DNA of 32,000 nucleotides from positions 60,001 through 92,000 of the forward strand of contig NZ_LGHJ01000013.1 of the NCBI RefSeq assembly GCF_001306055.1. The letters are read 5' to 3'. This stretch comes from Bellilinea caldifistulae. Its GTDB lineage: Bacteria; Chloroflexota; Anaerolineae; Anaerolineales; Anaerolineaceae. The notes under the pieces are model-generated. The model ran no database searches. It worked only from the letters and a program-made list of their open reading frames with translations, and was not told the origin of the DNA. Below are positions 10,333-18,943 of the stretch, piece by piece. Position numbers and translations under genes: made by a program. Position 1 is the first letter of the stretch. Every line of letters begins with the position of its first letter.

Positions 10333-11303
10333 TACAACACCTCCTTGACTGCCTTAATTACGTCCTCCACCTGAGGCAGGGCCATCTGTTCCAGTGTGCG
10401 GTTGTAAGGTAACGGCACTTCAGCCTGGGCAACCCGCTTGATGGGAGCGTCCACATAATCAAAGGCTTCTTCGTAAATCCGGCTGGCAACTTCTGCCCCA
10501 ACCCCATAGGATTTCCAACCTTCTTCCACGATGACCGCCCGGTTGGTTTTTTTGAACGATTCCAGTACAGGACCCATATCCAGCGGGCGTAACGAACGCA
10601 GGTCGACAATCTCAGCTTCGATGCCCTCTTTTGCCAGTTGATCGGCAGCCTTGGTGGAAATTTCCAGCATTTTGGAGTAAGTTACAATGGTCACATGCCG
10701 GCCCTCGCGCTGGATGGTGGATTTTCCCAGCGGGACAATGTAATCACCTTCCGGCACCTCCCCGCGGGTCTGATACAAGGTAGCATGTTCGATGAACAAT
10801 ACCGGATCTTGACTGCGGATGGCAGCCTTCAACATTCCCTTGGCATCCGCAGGGGTACCGGGGGCAACCACTTTCAAACCGGGAAAATGCGCAAAAATGG
10901 CATCGGGAGTTTGAGAGTGAGTAGCGCCCAGTTGACGCCCCCCGCCGCCCACTGCGCGGATGACCAGCGGCAGGATCATTTGTCCGCCAAACATGTAATG
11001 TAGTTTGGCAGCCTGATTGACGATGTGATCCATCGCCGAAAAGGCAAAATTGATTGTCATCAATTCGGCAACCGGTCTCAGACCGGTCAAGGCTGCCCCG
11101 ATTGCCGCGCCGATAATTGCGGCTTCTGCAATCGGTGTGTCCCTTACCCGTTCCGGACCAAAGTGATCATAAAATCCTTTGGTTACCGCATAGGTGCCGC
11201 CCCATACACCCACTTCTTCTCCCAAAATGAACACCCTGGGGTCTCGTTCCATTTCTTCCCATAATGCCTGAGAGATGGCTTCTCGCATGGTTATTCGTGC
11301 CAT
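10332..11303 (-). CDS. pdhB: 2-oxoacid dehydrogenase E1 component, beta subunit
   Basis: 323 aa. It begins MARITMREAISQALWEEMERDPRVFILGEEVG, the typical transketolase-like pyrimidine-binding and C-terminal domain pattern. Confidence 0.9.
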   Translation of the reverse strand: MARITMREAISQALWEEMERDPRVFILGEEVGVWGGTYAVTKGFYDHFGPERVRDTPIAEAAIIGAAIGAALTGLRPVAELMTINFAFSAMDHIVNQAAKLHYMFGGQMILPLVIRAVGGGGRQLGATHSQTPDAIFAHFPGLKVVAPGTPADAKGMLKAAIRSQDPVLFIEHATLYQTRGEVPEGDYIVPLGKSTIQREGRHVTIVTYSKMLEISTKAADQLAKEGIEAEIVDLRSLRPLDMGPVLESFKKTNRAVIVEEGWKSYGVGAEVASRIYEEAFDYVDAPIKRVAQAEVPLPYNRTLEQMALPQVEDVIKAVKEVL

Positions 11304-11315
11304 TGTGTCACCCCG

Positions 11316-12275
11316 TCATCCTTCAACGTAAATGTGCTTGAATAATTCTTCAGCCGGCGGTTCCGGGCTGGCTTCGGCGAACGCAACTGCATCGTTGACT
11401 TCTTCTTCTGCCATTTGAATCTGTTGCTGAAGTTCCTCTTCACTGGCAATGTCATTTTCCAGCAAATAACGATGATAAATGCCAATGGGGTCATTTTCCA
11501 GCCAGGTTTTGACTTCTTCGGAGGAACGATACCGCTCCGGGTCACCCATCGAATGCCCGCGGAAACGATAGGTGATTACTTCCAAAAATTGCGGGCCGCT
11601 GCCGTTGCGAATTTCCTCATATAAACGGGCCGAAACCTCGCGGACTTTCATGACATCCATGCCGTCCACCGCTTCACTTTTCATCCCATAACCGTCCGCC
11701 TTGCGCCGGATTTCTGACACAGCCGATGCCCGTTCAACCGCTGTTCCCATGCCGTATTGATTATTTTCACACACCCACAAAACCGGCAGGTTCCAAACTT
11801 TCGAGAGATTGAGCGCCTCGTGAAAATATCCAATATTGGTGGCGCCATCTCCAAACATACACACGGTCACAGCCTGGTTGTTCTGATAAACATCCCCCAA
11901 CGCCAATCCGGCTGCAATGGGCAAATGCGCCCCTACGATAGCGTGCCCCCCCCAGAAATTCTTTTTCACATCAGCAAGGTGCATTGAACCTCCCTTGCCG
12001 CGCGAACATCCGGTAGCTTTACCAAGCAGCTCGGCCATTACCTCTCGTGCCGAAAGACCGCAGTTGATCGCCACACCGTGATCGCGATAAGCGGTGATAA
12101 TTCGGTCTTCAGGGCGGCGCACCGAAATCAAGCCAGTACTCACCGCCTCCTGACCAATATAGAGGTGGAGAAAGCCACCAATTTTTCCTTGTTGATACAA
12201 TTCAGCCGAACGTTCTTCCAGCCGGCGAATCACGACCATTTGATGATAGAGATCCAGATAATCTCGCTTCTCCAT
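11316..12275 (-). CDS. pdhA: 2-oxoacid dehydrogenase E1 component, alpha subunit (ThDP-binding)
   Basis: 319 aa. Signatures are YRDHG, the ThDP motif GDGATNIGYFHEALNLSKVWNLPVLWVCENNQYGMGT, and RFRGHSMGDP. A GGAGG SD lies 11 nt before the ATG. Confidence 0.9.
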   Translation of the reverse strand: MEKRDYLDLYHQMVVIRRLEERSAELYQQGKIGGFLHLYIGQEAVSTGLISVRRPEDRIITAYRDHGVAINCGLSAREVMAELLGKATGCSRGKGGSMHLADVKKNFWGGHAIVGAHLPIAAGLALGDVYQNNQAVTVCMFGDGATNIGYFHEALNLSKVWNLPVLWVCENNQYGMGTAVERASAVSEIRRKADGYGMKSEAVDGMDVMKVREVSARLYEEIRNGSGPQFLEVITYRFRGHSMGDPERYRSSEEVKTWLENDPIGIYHRYLLENDIASEEELQQQIQMAEEEVNDAVAFAEASPEPPAEELFKHIYVEG

Positions 12276-12367
12276 CGGATGGAGATCCTCCTTTGTTCGA
12301 TGTGTACTTCCTTCCCCTGACCCCGCTGCGGGTCACCATTGCCGGTTAACTGGACAATGTCACAGCG

Positions 12368-12376
12368 ATTATACCA
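12368..12376 (-). promoter_or_regulatory. Extended -10 promoter element (TGGTATAAT) for the pdhABC-type operon
   Basis: The minus strand reads CTGGTATAAT directly after the upstream terminator's T-tract, with no good -35. The predicted 5' UTR of about 85 nt contains a 6-bp GC hairpin (TGACCC-GCAGCG-GGGTCA, 12318-12335). Confidence 0.55.
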
Positions 12377-12402
12377 GAATCAAAATCCCCTCACAGGGGA
12401 TT
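12377..12402 (-). terminator. Intrinsic terminator downstream of the permease gene
   Basis: The minus strand reads AATCCCC-TGTGA-GGGGATT followed by TTGATTCTGG, giving a T-run of ATTTTGATT. It lies about 50 nt after the TAA at 12452-12454. Confidence 0.7.
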
Positions 12403-12451
12403 GTAACACCTCAAAGGATGGATTTCCGATGATCCAGAAGGATGATTGGAG

Positions 12452-14119
12452 TTACTGTCTATTTTCCTCGATTTTTTTGAAAAACGTAATCAAGTCTATG
12501 CCGCGTTGTTTCAGGTACAACCACCTGCCGCCGAACCACATCATGCCGCTCACAAAAACTCCCGCCAACAGGGCAGCTGACTGCCAGTCCACCGGCAAGA
12601 TCTTCACCCCAAAAACATAAGGCAGAAGGATTGTTGCCAGTAAGATGACAACGGTTATTACCCCCAAAAAGCGCACCCAGCCTTTCGAAGGTCTGTCGTC
12701 TCCATCAGCAAGGAAGTAATAGGGGTTTTTAATCAGCGCAAGAACCGGCAGCAAAAGTGCAAAAGATACAAACAATCCGAAATTGAAATGATTCCCAATC
12801 CAGTTTGCCTGAGCCGCATCAATCACCACCAGCAAAGCGATCACCGTCACCATCAAAAGCGCAAATAGTGGGCTGTGCTGGCGGGCATGTACCAGTCCAA
12901 TCCACTCCGGAACCACCCGATCCTCTGCCCAGGCTTTGAGAACCCGGCTCAAAGCCAGCATATATACCTGCACGACCAGAACAAACATCACAATCCAGAT
13001 GACGGATAAAAAGGACAAAAGCAATGGATTGGATTGCACCACCGCTGCGTAAAACGGCAGCCATGGCAGGACAATTCCCCGCAGGACACCCGTAGAACTG
13101 CCGCCCGGTGTCGAAACCGGCATGGGTAAAACCACCCCGCCTTCACCGGTTATGCCCTTAAGCCGCAGAAAACTCTCCGCTGCCAGAAATTGCCACGAAA
13201 TCGTCCTTTCCACCAGGGCAATCGCCGCAATCAACAAAAATCCAGCAATGATCAGTGCCAGCAAACCGGCCGGTACGAGATTGCTTCGATGGGTTCGCAG
13301 TTCACCCGCCATCCAGACCGGCAGACCCAGAGCAAAAAATCCGAATAATCCGATGATCAGGCCAATGGCGATCATCTCCGGCAGCGTTTCACCCTGTGCC
13401 TTCATCCCCAGTTGAAAAGCGAGATTAAGATGCAGGGCATGTGAACCTTCTCTAAAAATCCGGTCAAAAAAAGCGCTGAACTGGTTTTGAGAAACGGCGG
13501 TAAACTGTCCAAGAATTACCAGCCATCCTAAAATGGAAAGAGCTGATCCCCACCCAAGAATCCTGCGGATTGCCTGCGGCGAGAGAATGGAAAGGATAAA
13601 TGCCGTAAAGATCAAGCCGCTTGCAAGGTAAACCATCACTTGTGGGTTATGCAGAGAGGCTGCAAAGACCTGCAGATCAAAAATGTCCAGAACATTTCCC
13701 AACATATTAGCCAGATCAGGCAGGATGATTCGGGCAAAAGTGCTTGCCAGAAAGCCAATAAACAAACCACCGCCGATCAGAAACGTCCAGCTGAACGCAA
13801 AACCAAACAGGGGATGAATCACCCGCGTACCAAAGAGATAATCCGGCGCTTCTCGCCCGGCAAGCCTGCCCATCGTCCAGATTGTCAATAATACAATCAG
13901 CATGCTTCCAAGACCAATCAGCATGACATTCGTGATATTAATCCCCGGATACATGCCGGGCAAGACGCTGATTGGCAGCCAGGTTGCCTGAATCAAGCCA
14001 ACTCCTGCCAGCGCCAGAACAATCACTGTCCAGAAACCGATCCAGTTCGTCAACGAACCTGCTTTACTGGCCGGTCTTGATTCTGCCTGGGGGACAATCA
14101 ACTCGGTTAATTCGCTCAA
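12452..14119 (-). CDS. Polytopic membrane transporter, APC (amino acid/polyamine/organocation) superfamily-like
   Basis: About 12 or more hydrophobic spans. APC-like motifs are MAGELRTHRSNLVPAG (compare GxE...NP.R.iP) and SRVLKAWAEDRVVPEWIGLVHARQHSP (compare R.l.a.arDg.lP..f..v). I place the start at TTG 14117-14119 because a perfect AAGGAGG lies 6 nt upstream. The ORF-track TTG at 14164 has no SD and sits almost on the predicted transcription start site (TSS). The substrate is unknown. Confidence 0.6.
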   Translation of the reverse strand: MSELTELIVPQAESRPASKAGSLTNWIGFWTVIVLALAGVGLIQATWLPISVLPGMYPGINITNVMLIGLGSMLIVLLTIWTMGRLAGREAPDYLFGTRVIHPLFGFAFSWTFLIGGGLFIGFLASTFARIILPDLANMLGNVLDIFDLQVFAASLHNPQVMVYLASGLIFTAFILSILSPQAIRRILGWGSALSILGWLVILGQFTAVSQNQFSAFFDRIFREGSHALHLNLAFQLGMKAQGETLPEMIAIGLIIGLFGFFALGLPVWMAGELRTHRSNLVPAGLLALIIAGFLLIAAIALVERTISWQFLAAESFLRLKGITGEGGVVLPMPVSTPGGSSTGVLRGIVLPWLPFYAAVVQSNPLLLSFLSVIWIVMFVLVVQVYMLALSRVLKAWAEDRVVPEWIGLVHARQHSPLFALLMVTVIALLVVIDAAQANWIGNHFNFGLFVSFALLLPVLALIKNPYYFLADGDDRPSKGWVRFLGVITVVILLATILLPYVFGVKILPVDWQSAALLAGVFVSGMMWFGGRWLYLKQRGIDLITFFKKIEENRQ

Positions 14120-14184
14120 TTCTTTCCTCCTTGAGGGGGAATGGCACAAAAGCCCATTGTGCAAGAAGGATGCCTACAAAAAAA

Positions 14185-14193
14185 ATTATACCA
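14185..14193 (-). promoter_or_regulatory. Extended -10 promoter element (TGGTATAAT) for the permease gene
   Basis: The minus strand reads GTTGGTATAAT, located between the ppdK terminator and the permease start. The -35 is weak (AGGTTG at 17 nt). Confidence 0.55.
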
Positions 14194-14274
14194 ACCCTGT
14201 TGAAAAACAACCTTTCAATTCCGCAAAGCCGGAGAATTACGGGGAAATGGTTGCAAATTGAGCGAAAAATTCCG

Positions 14275-14321
14275 TCAAAAAAACAAGACCTGCTGGCAAA
14301 AACTGCTAGCCAACAGGTCTT
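14275..14321 (-). terminator. Intrinsic terminator downstream of ppdK
   Basis: On the minus strand, CAAGACCTG (14313-14321) pairs with CAGGTCTTG (14283-14291), with an inner partly paired loop. It is followed by TTTTTTGACGG and lies about 50 nt after the ppdK stop. Confidence 0.75.
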
Positions 14322-14371
14322 GCAAAGTACTGAATACCTCTCCGAAAGTTTTTTTACCTTCCTTAGGCGGA

Positions 14372-17140
14372 CTAGGCAGCGTGCTTCAAAGCGGCATGGG
14401 CAGCCGCCAGGCGGGCAACTGGCACCCGGAAGGGTGAGCAGGAAACATAGTTGTTCCCAACCAGATGGCAAAACTCAATCGAGTTCGGATCACCGCCGTG
14501 TTCACCGCAGATGCCTACTTCCAGATCGGGGCGAGTCGAGCGGCCGTCCGCCACGGCAATTTGCATCAGGCGTCCGACACCATCCCGATCCAATGTCTGG
14601 AAGGGATTCTTGGGCAGGATGCCTTTTTCCACGTAGGTAACCAGAAAACTGCGCTCAGCATCATCCCGGCTGTAGCCAAAAGTCATCTGGGTAAGATCGT
14701 TGGTGCCGAAGGAGAAAAATTCGGCGATCTCAGCAATTTCCGCAGCGGTGACTGCTGCGCGCGGGATTTCGATCATCGTCCCAAACTTATAGGGGAAGGA
14801 TACGCCTTTCTCCTTCATCACCTCGCGGGCAATCTCCTCCAGCCGCGGTTGAATGACCTTCAACTCGTTGACATGGCCGGTGAGCGGGATCATCACTTCT
14901 GGCTTGGCATGGACCCCTTTAAGGGTCACGTTGGCGGCTGCTTCAAAAATGGCGCGCACCTGCATTTCGACAATTTCGGGCATGACGATGCTCAAACGCA
15001 CGCCACGCAGGCCCATCATCGGGTTGCTTTCGTGCATGGCCTCTACGGCCTGGAGCATGTGTTCCAGTTCCACCACCTCTTTGGGTTCGCCTTTGCCCAG
15101 CACGTAACCGGCCAGCGCTTCAATGCGCTTGGTGATGATCTGTTCTTCAAGGTCTTTGGCAGCCGGCAGGAACTCATGCAGCGGCGGGTCAATCAGGCGG
15201 ATAATGACCGGATACCCATCCATGGCGGTAAACAAGCCTTCAAAGTCGGCCCGCTGGAAAGGCAGCAGTTCATCCAGAGCGGCTTTGCGTTCTTCGGAGG
15301 TTTTCGCCAGAATCATTCGCTGAACAATCGGCAGGCGTTCCTGTTCAAAGAACATGTGCTCAGTCCGGCACAGACCAATTCCTCGGGCGCCGTAGGAGCG
15401 AGCGCGCTGAGCGTCTTTGGGATAGTCGGCATTTGCCCATACCTGCAAACCGGTAGTTGGAGAGCCATTGACACTCTTACGAATACCAGGGCGGGCACAA
15501 ATTTCATCCGCCCAATCCAGAAGGGTCAAAAGATCGGTTTGTTCCTCCAGCGATGGGGAAGTCATGGGCAATTTACCAAGGAAAACCTCACCGGTACCGC
15601 CGTCCAGAGAAATCCACTCGCCTTCTTTGACAACCTTACCATCCACTTCCATCTGGCGTTTATCCAGATCAATGCGCACACTGGCCGCGCCCACAACACA
15701 CGGCACCCCAAACTGACGAGCAACCACCGCAGCATGGGAGGTTGCCCCACCTTCACTGGTGAGAATGCCTTTGGCAGCCAGCATACCATGAACATCATCT
15801 GGCTTGGTGAACGGACGCACCATGATGACATCCTGATGATATTCCTTGTTCATTTTTTCGGCAGTGTCGGCATCGAAGTAAACCTGACCCACCGCCGCAC
15901 CGGGTGAGGCGTTCACGCCACTGGCGAAGAAGCGACCGTCGGCTTTGGCTTTTTTGATGGTTTCGGGATCAAATTGGGGGTGCAGCAGGGTATCCACATT
16001 TTCAGGTGTAACCCGTTTGACGGCCTCTTCACGGGTGATAATCCCCTCGTTGGCCATATCAACTGCAATCTTAACTGCTGCTTTGGCGGTGCGCTTGCCG
16101 TTGCGGGTTTGAAGCATCCACAATTTACCGCGTTCAATGGTAAATTCCATGTCCTGCATATCGCGGTAGTGGCGTTCCAACTTGTCACAAATCTGGAGGA
16201 ATTCGCGGTAGCATTCCGGCATATCCCGTTCCAGATTCTCGATCTTTTCGGTGTTACGGATACCAGCAACCACATCTTCACCCTGCGCATTGAGCAGGTA
16301 ATCGCCATATAGTTTCTTTTCGCCGGTGGCCGGGTTGCGGGTAAATGCCACACCAGTACCGGAGTCATTACCCATGTTACCGAAAACCATGGTAACGATA
16401 TTGACCGCTGTGCCTAAATCATCGGGGATGTTAGTCGCACGGCGATAGTCCACTGCTCGTTTACCATTCCACGATTTGAAGACCGCCTCGGTTGCCAGTT
16501 TCAATTGCTCGAACGGGTCCATCGGAAAGTCGAAGCCCAGTTCTTTGCGAACAACACCCTTGAAAATAGCAGTCAATTCCTTCAAGTCCTCAGCGCTCAG
16601 ATCGGTATCCAGTTTGGCACCGCGTTGGCGCTTGAACTCTTCCAGTACATCCTCGAAGGCTTCATCCGGCATGCCCAGAACCACCGCACCGAACATCTGA
16701 ATCAGGCGGCGGTATGAATCGTACACGAAGCGTTCGTTATTGGTCAAACGAATCATCGCCTGGGCGGTTTCATCGTTCAAGCCGATGTTGAGGACGGTAT
16801 CCATCATGCCCGGCATGGAGAATTTAGCGCCGGATCGGCAGGAAACTAACAAAGGATTATCGGTACCGCCAAATTTCTTACCAGAAAGCCGCTCAACCTC
16901 TTTGAGGGCATCCAGCATTTGCTCCCACATTCCTTCCGGGAATTTTCCACCCGCCGCCAGATAAGCGTTGCATGCTTCGGTGGTGACGGTGAAACCCGGC
17001 GGAACCGGAACACCCAATCGGGTCATGTCAGCCAGGTTGGCGCCTTTGCCCCCCAAAAGCCCCCGCACTGCATCCCAATCGCCGCCCACATACTTTTCGG
17101 CAGCATCTAATTCATGGAATAAGTATACCCATTTCTTCAT
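14372..17140 (-). CDS. ppdK: Pyruvate, phosphate dikinase
   Basis: 922 aa. It begins MKKWVYLFHELD. The phosphohistidine swivel-domain motif is TSEGGATSHAAVVARQFGVPCV. The PEP/pyruvate domain has RTEHMFF and GICGEHGGDP. Confidence 0.95.
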   Translation of the reverse strand: MKKWVYLFHELDAAEKYVGGDWDAVRGLLGGKGANLADMTRLGVPVPPGFTVTTEACNAYLAAGGKFPEGMWEQMLDALKEVERLSGKKFGGTDNPLLVSCRSGAKFSMPGMMDTVLNIGLNDETAQAMIRLTNNERFVYDSYRRLIQMFGAVVLGMPDEAFEDVLEEFKRQRGAKLDTDLSAEDLKELTAIFKGVVRKELGFDFPMDPFEQLKLATEAVFKSWNGKRAVDYRRATNIPDDLGTAVNIVTMVFGNMGNDSGTGVAFTRNPATGEKKLYGDYLLNAQGEDVVAGIRNTEKIENLERDMPECYREFLQICDKLERHYRDMQDMEFTIERGKLWMLQTRNGKRTAKAAVKIAVDMANEGIITREEAVKRVTPENVDTLLHPQFDPETIKKAKADGRFFASGVNASPGAAVGQVYFDADTAEKMNKEYHQDVIMVRPFTKPDDVHGMLAAKGILTSEGGATSHAAVVARQFGVPCVVGAASVRIDLDKRQMEVDGKVVKEGEWISLDGGTGEVFLGKLPMTSPSLEEQTDLLTLLDWADEICARPGIRKSVNGSPTTGLQVWANADYPKDAQRARSYGARGIGLCRTEHMFFEQERLPIVQRMILAKTSEERKAALDELLPFQRADFEGLFTAMDGYPVIIRLIDPPLHEFLPAAKDLEEQIITKRIEALAGYVLGKGEPKEVVELEHMLQAVEAMHESNPMMGLRGVRLSIVMPEIVEMQVRAIFEAAANVTLKGVHAKPEVMIPLTGHVNELKVIQPRLEEIAREVMKEKGVSFPYKFGTMIEIPRAAVTAAEIAEIAEFFSFGTNDLTQMTFGYSRDDAERSFLVTYVEKGILPKNPFQTLDRDGVGRLMQIAVADGRSTRPDLEVGICGEHGGDPNSIEFCHLVGNNYVSCSPFRVPVARLAAAHAALKHAA

Positions 17141-17211
17141 GTTTTCTTTAACCTCCAGAAAATAGTTAACCCCTCGAAGGGGATAATTCGTCCTGAGCCC
17201 TTAATCGGGAA

Positions 17212-17220
17212 ATTCTACCA
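17212..17220 (-). promoter_or_regulatory. Extended -10-like element (TGGTAGAAT) upstream of ppdK
   Basis: The minus strand reads TTTGTGGTAGAAT about 70 nt upstream of the ppdK ATG. It differs by one base from the TGGTATAAT motif at three other operon fronts. The -35 is poor. Confidence 0.45.
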
Positions 17221-17355
17221 CAAATTTTGCGTTTTTTCGGCGAGATCACCCCCACTTGACTGGTCAAATAATTTTTCATTTGTAAAGAAGTTGAAAGGAT
17301 AAAAACCCATAAGTTCGCTGATAATAGGGGTGTAGTCAATGCAAAGGAGATGCGA

Positions 17356-17751
17356 ATGAAGATACTGGTCATTGATGACGACCCTGCCATGACAGAGTTA
17401 CTCTCCACCTTGTTGCGGACCATCCCTGCGCATGTCATTGTTGCGAATTCGGGAATGGAGGGGGTTGATCAAACCGAAAAAGAAAAACCCGATATTGTCA
17501 TTCTTGACCTGATGATGCCGGAAATGGACGGATGGCAGGTTTGTAAACGCATCCGTGAATTCAGCAGCATTCCAATTCTCATTCTCTCTGCATTGGATCA
17601 CCCCGGTATGGTTGCCACAGCCCTGGATGCCGGAGCTGACGATTATTTGATCAAACCTGTTTCCAGCAGCATGCTAATTACCCGCATTAACACATTGCTC
17701 CGGCGTAGCAAACCCATCCCATCCAACATAGCCGCTGCCAGCACCACCTGA
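17356..17751 (+). CDS. Single-domain response regulator (receiver domain only, OmpR-lineage-like)
   Basis: MKILVIDDDP...DIVILDLMMPEMDGW...PILILSAL...AGADDYLIKP...RINTLLRR, then a short tail and a stop, with no winged-helix output domain. I use ATG 17356, which has AAGGAG 6 nt upstream. The ORF-track ATG at 17350 abuts the SD. No histidine kinase is present in the window. Confidence 0.85.
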   Translation: MKILVIDDDPAMTELLSTLLRTIPAHVIVANSGMEGVDQTEKEKPDIVILDLMMPEMDGWQVCKRIREFSSIPILILSALDHPGMVATALDAGADDYLIKPVSSSMLITRINTLLRRSKPIPSNIAAASTT

Positions 17752-17866
17752 CGCCGAATAAACCCTTTTTGTAGTAAAATTCACCCGTCCGATTTTGAGC
17801 GGGATGTTCAATGGAATATCCTTGTTTTGCTTTCAAGGGAAATCCTCAAAATAAGGAGCGATTCTC

Positions 17867-18163
17867 GTGCAAACCTGTTCACTTTGCTACACACAGTCAC
17901 CCGATACAGCCCTGGAATGTCAAAACTGCGGTGCTGATTTACGCCAGTTTTCGGTGAGTGCCGTTGCACTTAAAAAATTACAGCAAAATCCCCGCGTTCG
18001 TGATATTCGATTGGTGGTGGATGATGACGCCTGCCCGGTCTGTCAATCCATGGCGGCTACTTACCCCAAAGATCAAGTGCCGCCTTTACCAATTGAAGGC
18101 TGCTCCAGCCCAAACGGCTGCCGCTGTTTTTATGAACCCATGCTGACCGAAATTTTCCCCTAA
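17867..18163 (+). CDS. Small Cys-rich zinc-ribbon protein of unknown function
   Basis: 98 aa. The GTG start is preceded by AAGGAG at 7 nt. The N-terminal ribbon is CSLC-x12-CQNC. The C-terminal part is DDDACPVCQ...PPLPIEGCSSPNGCRCFYEP. Confidence 0.6.
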   Translation: MQTCSLCYTQSPDTALECQNCGADLRQFSVSAVALKKLQQNPRVRDIRLVVDDDACPVCQSMAATYPKDQVPPLPIEGCSSPNGCRCFYEPMLTEIFP

Positions 18164-18169
18164 ATCTGA

Positions 18170-18943
18170 TCAACAACCATTGGCAGCACAAATCAATTGG
18201 AACAATGCTTCCGCTGTTCTTTGCGGGCTTTCCATCATCGGCATGTGTCCTGCCTCTGGAATCTCGACCATCCAGCCCTTGTTGACCAACTTTATAAACG
18301 AGTGGGCTCGTTCAGGCGGAATCAGCTGGTCTTTTGCGCCGGTAATGACAAGTACAGGCACCTGAATTTCGGGCAACCAGAGATTTGCATCCCGTCGGTC
18401 CGCCATGGCCCTCAAAGCGGCCACCACCACAGCCACATCACAGGTCAAGATCATCTGGTTCAATTGATGTTGAATTTCAACATTTTCACTCAATTTGGAC
18501 GGCATGCCATCAGCAATGTAACGAATACCCCGACTGCGGACTTCGCGTGCGGTAATCAACCGCGCCTGACGGCGCTCCGGGCTGTCCGCATCGGCCTGAG
18601 ATGCGACCAGCGCCAGCCCTTTGAGCCGGTGAGGATAAGCATGGGCAAATTCCAGGGCAACATAACCTCCCATTGAATGCCCTGCAATAATTGCCTTTTC
18701 AATGTTGAGCCGGTCGAGTAACTGTAAAATATCGGCTGCCACCAGACGCATTGAGTAACCTTCAACTTCGCGAGGAGACTCCCCAAAACCACGCAGGTCA
18801 GGCAAAATCAGGCGGGCTTTTGACTTGAGCAGAGGGACGATTGGCTGCCAGATCTGCCGATTCAAAGGAAAACCATGGATCAACACCAATGGAGTTCCTT
18901 CACCATGCTCCTCTACGGCTAAATCAACCGTCTTTAGTTCCAT
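18170..18943 (-). CDS. Alpha/beta-fold hydrolase
   Basis: 257 aa. It has LVLIHGFPLN, the nucleophile elbow AGHSMGG, and the C-terminal catalytic His context EAGHMPMME. Its ATG lies 20 nt inside the 3' end of cca. Confidence 0.85.
   Translation of the reverse strand: MELKTVDLAVEEHGEGTPLVLIHGFPLNRQIWQPIVPLLKSKARLILPDLRGFGESPREVEGYSMRLVAADILQLLDRLNIEKAIIAGHSMGGYVALEFAHAYPHRLKGLALVASQADADSPERRQARLITAREVRSRGIRYIADGMPSKLSENVEIQHQLNQMILTCDVAVVVAALRAMADRRDANLWLPEIQVPVLVITGAKDQLIPPERAHSFIKLVNKGWMVEIPEAGHMPMMESPQRTAEALFQLICAANGC

Noticed and set aside
14465-15907. A 480-aa ORF on the plus strand, antisense to ppdK.
   Set aside because: It lies entirely inside the highly conserved ppdK coding region in the complementary frame. 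It has no SD or promoter. Its composition is odd (rich in H/F/G/Q, low complexity) and it has no recognisable motifs. Long antisense ORFs of this kind are a known by-product of codon usage in conserved genes.
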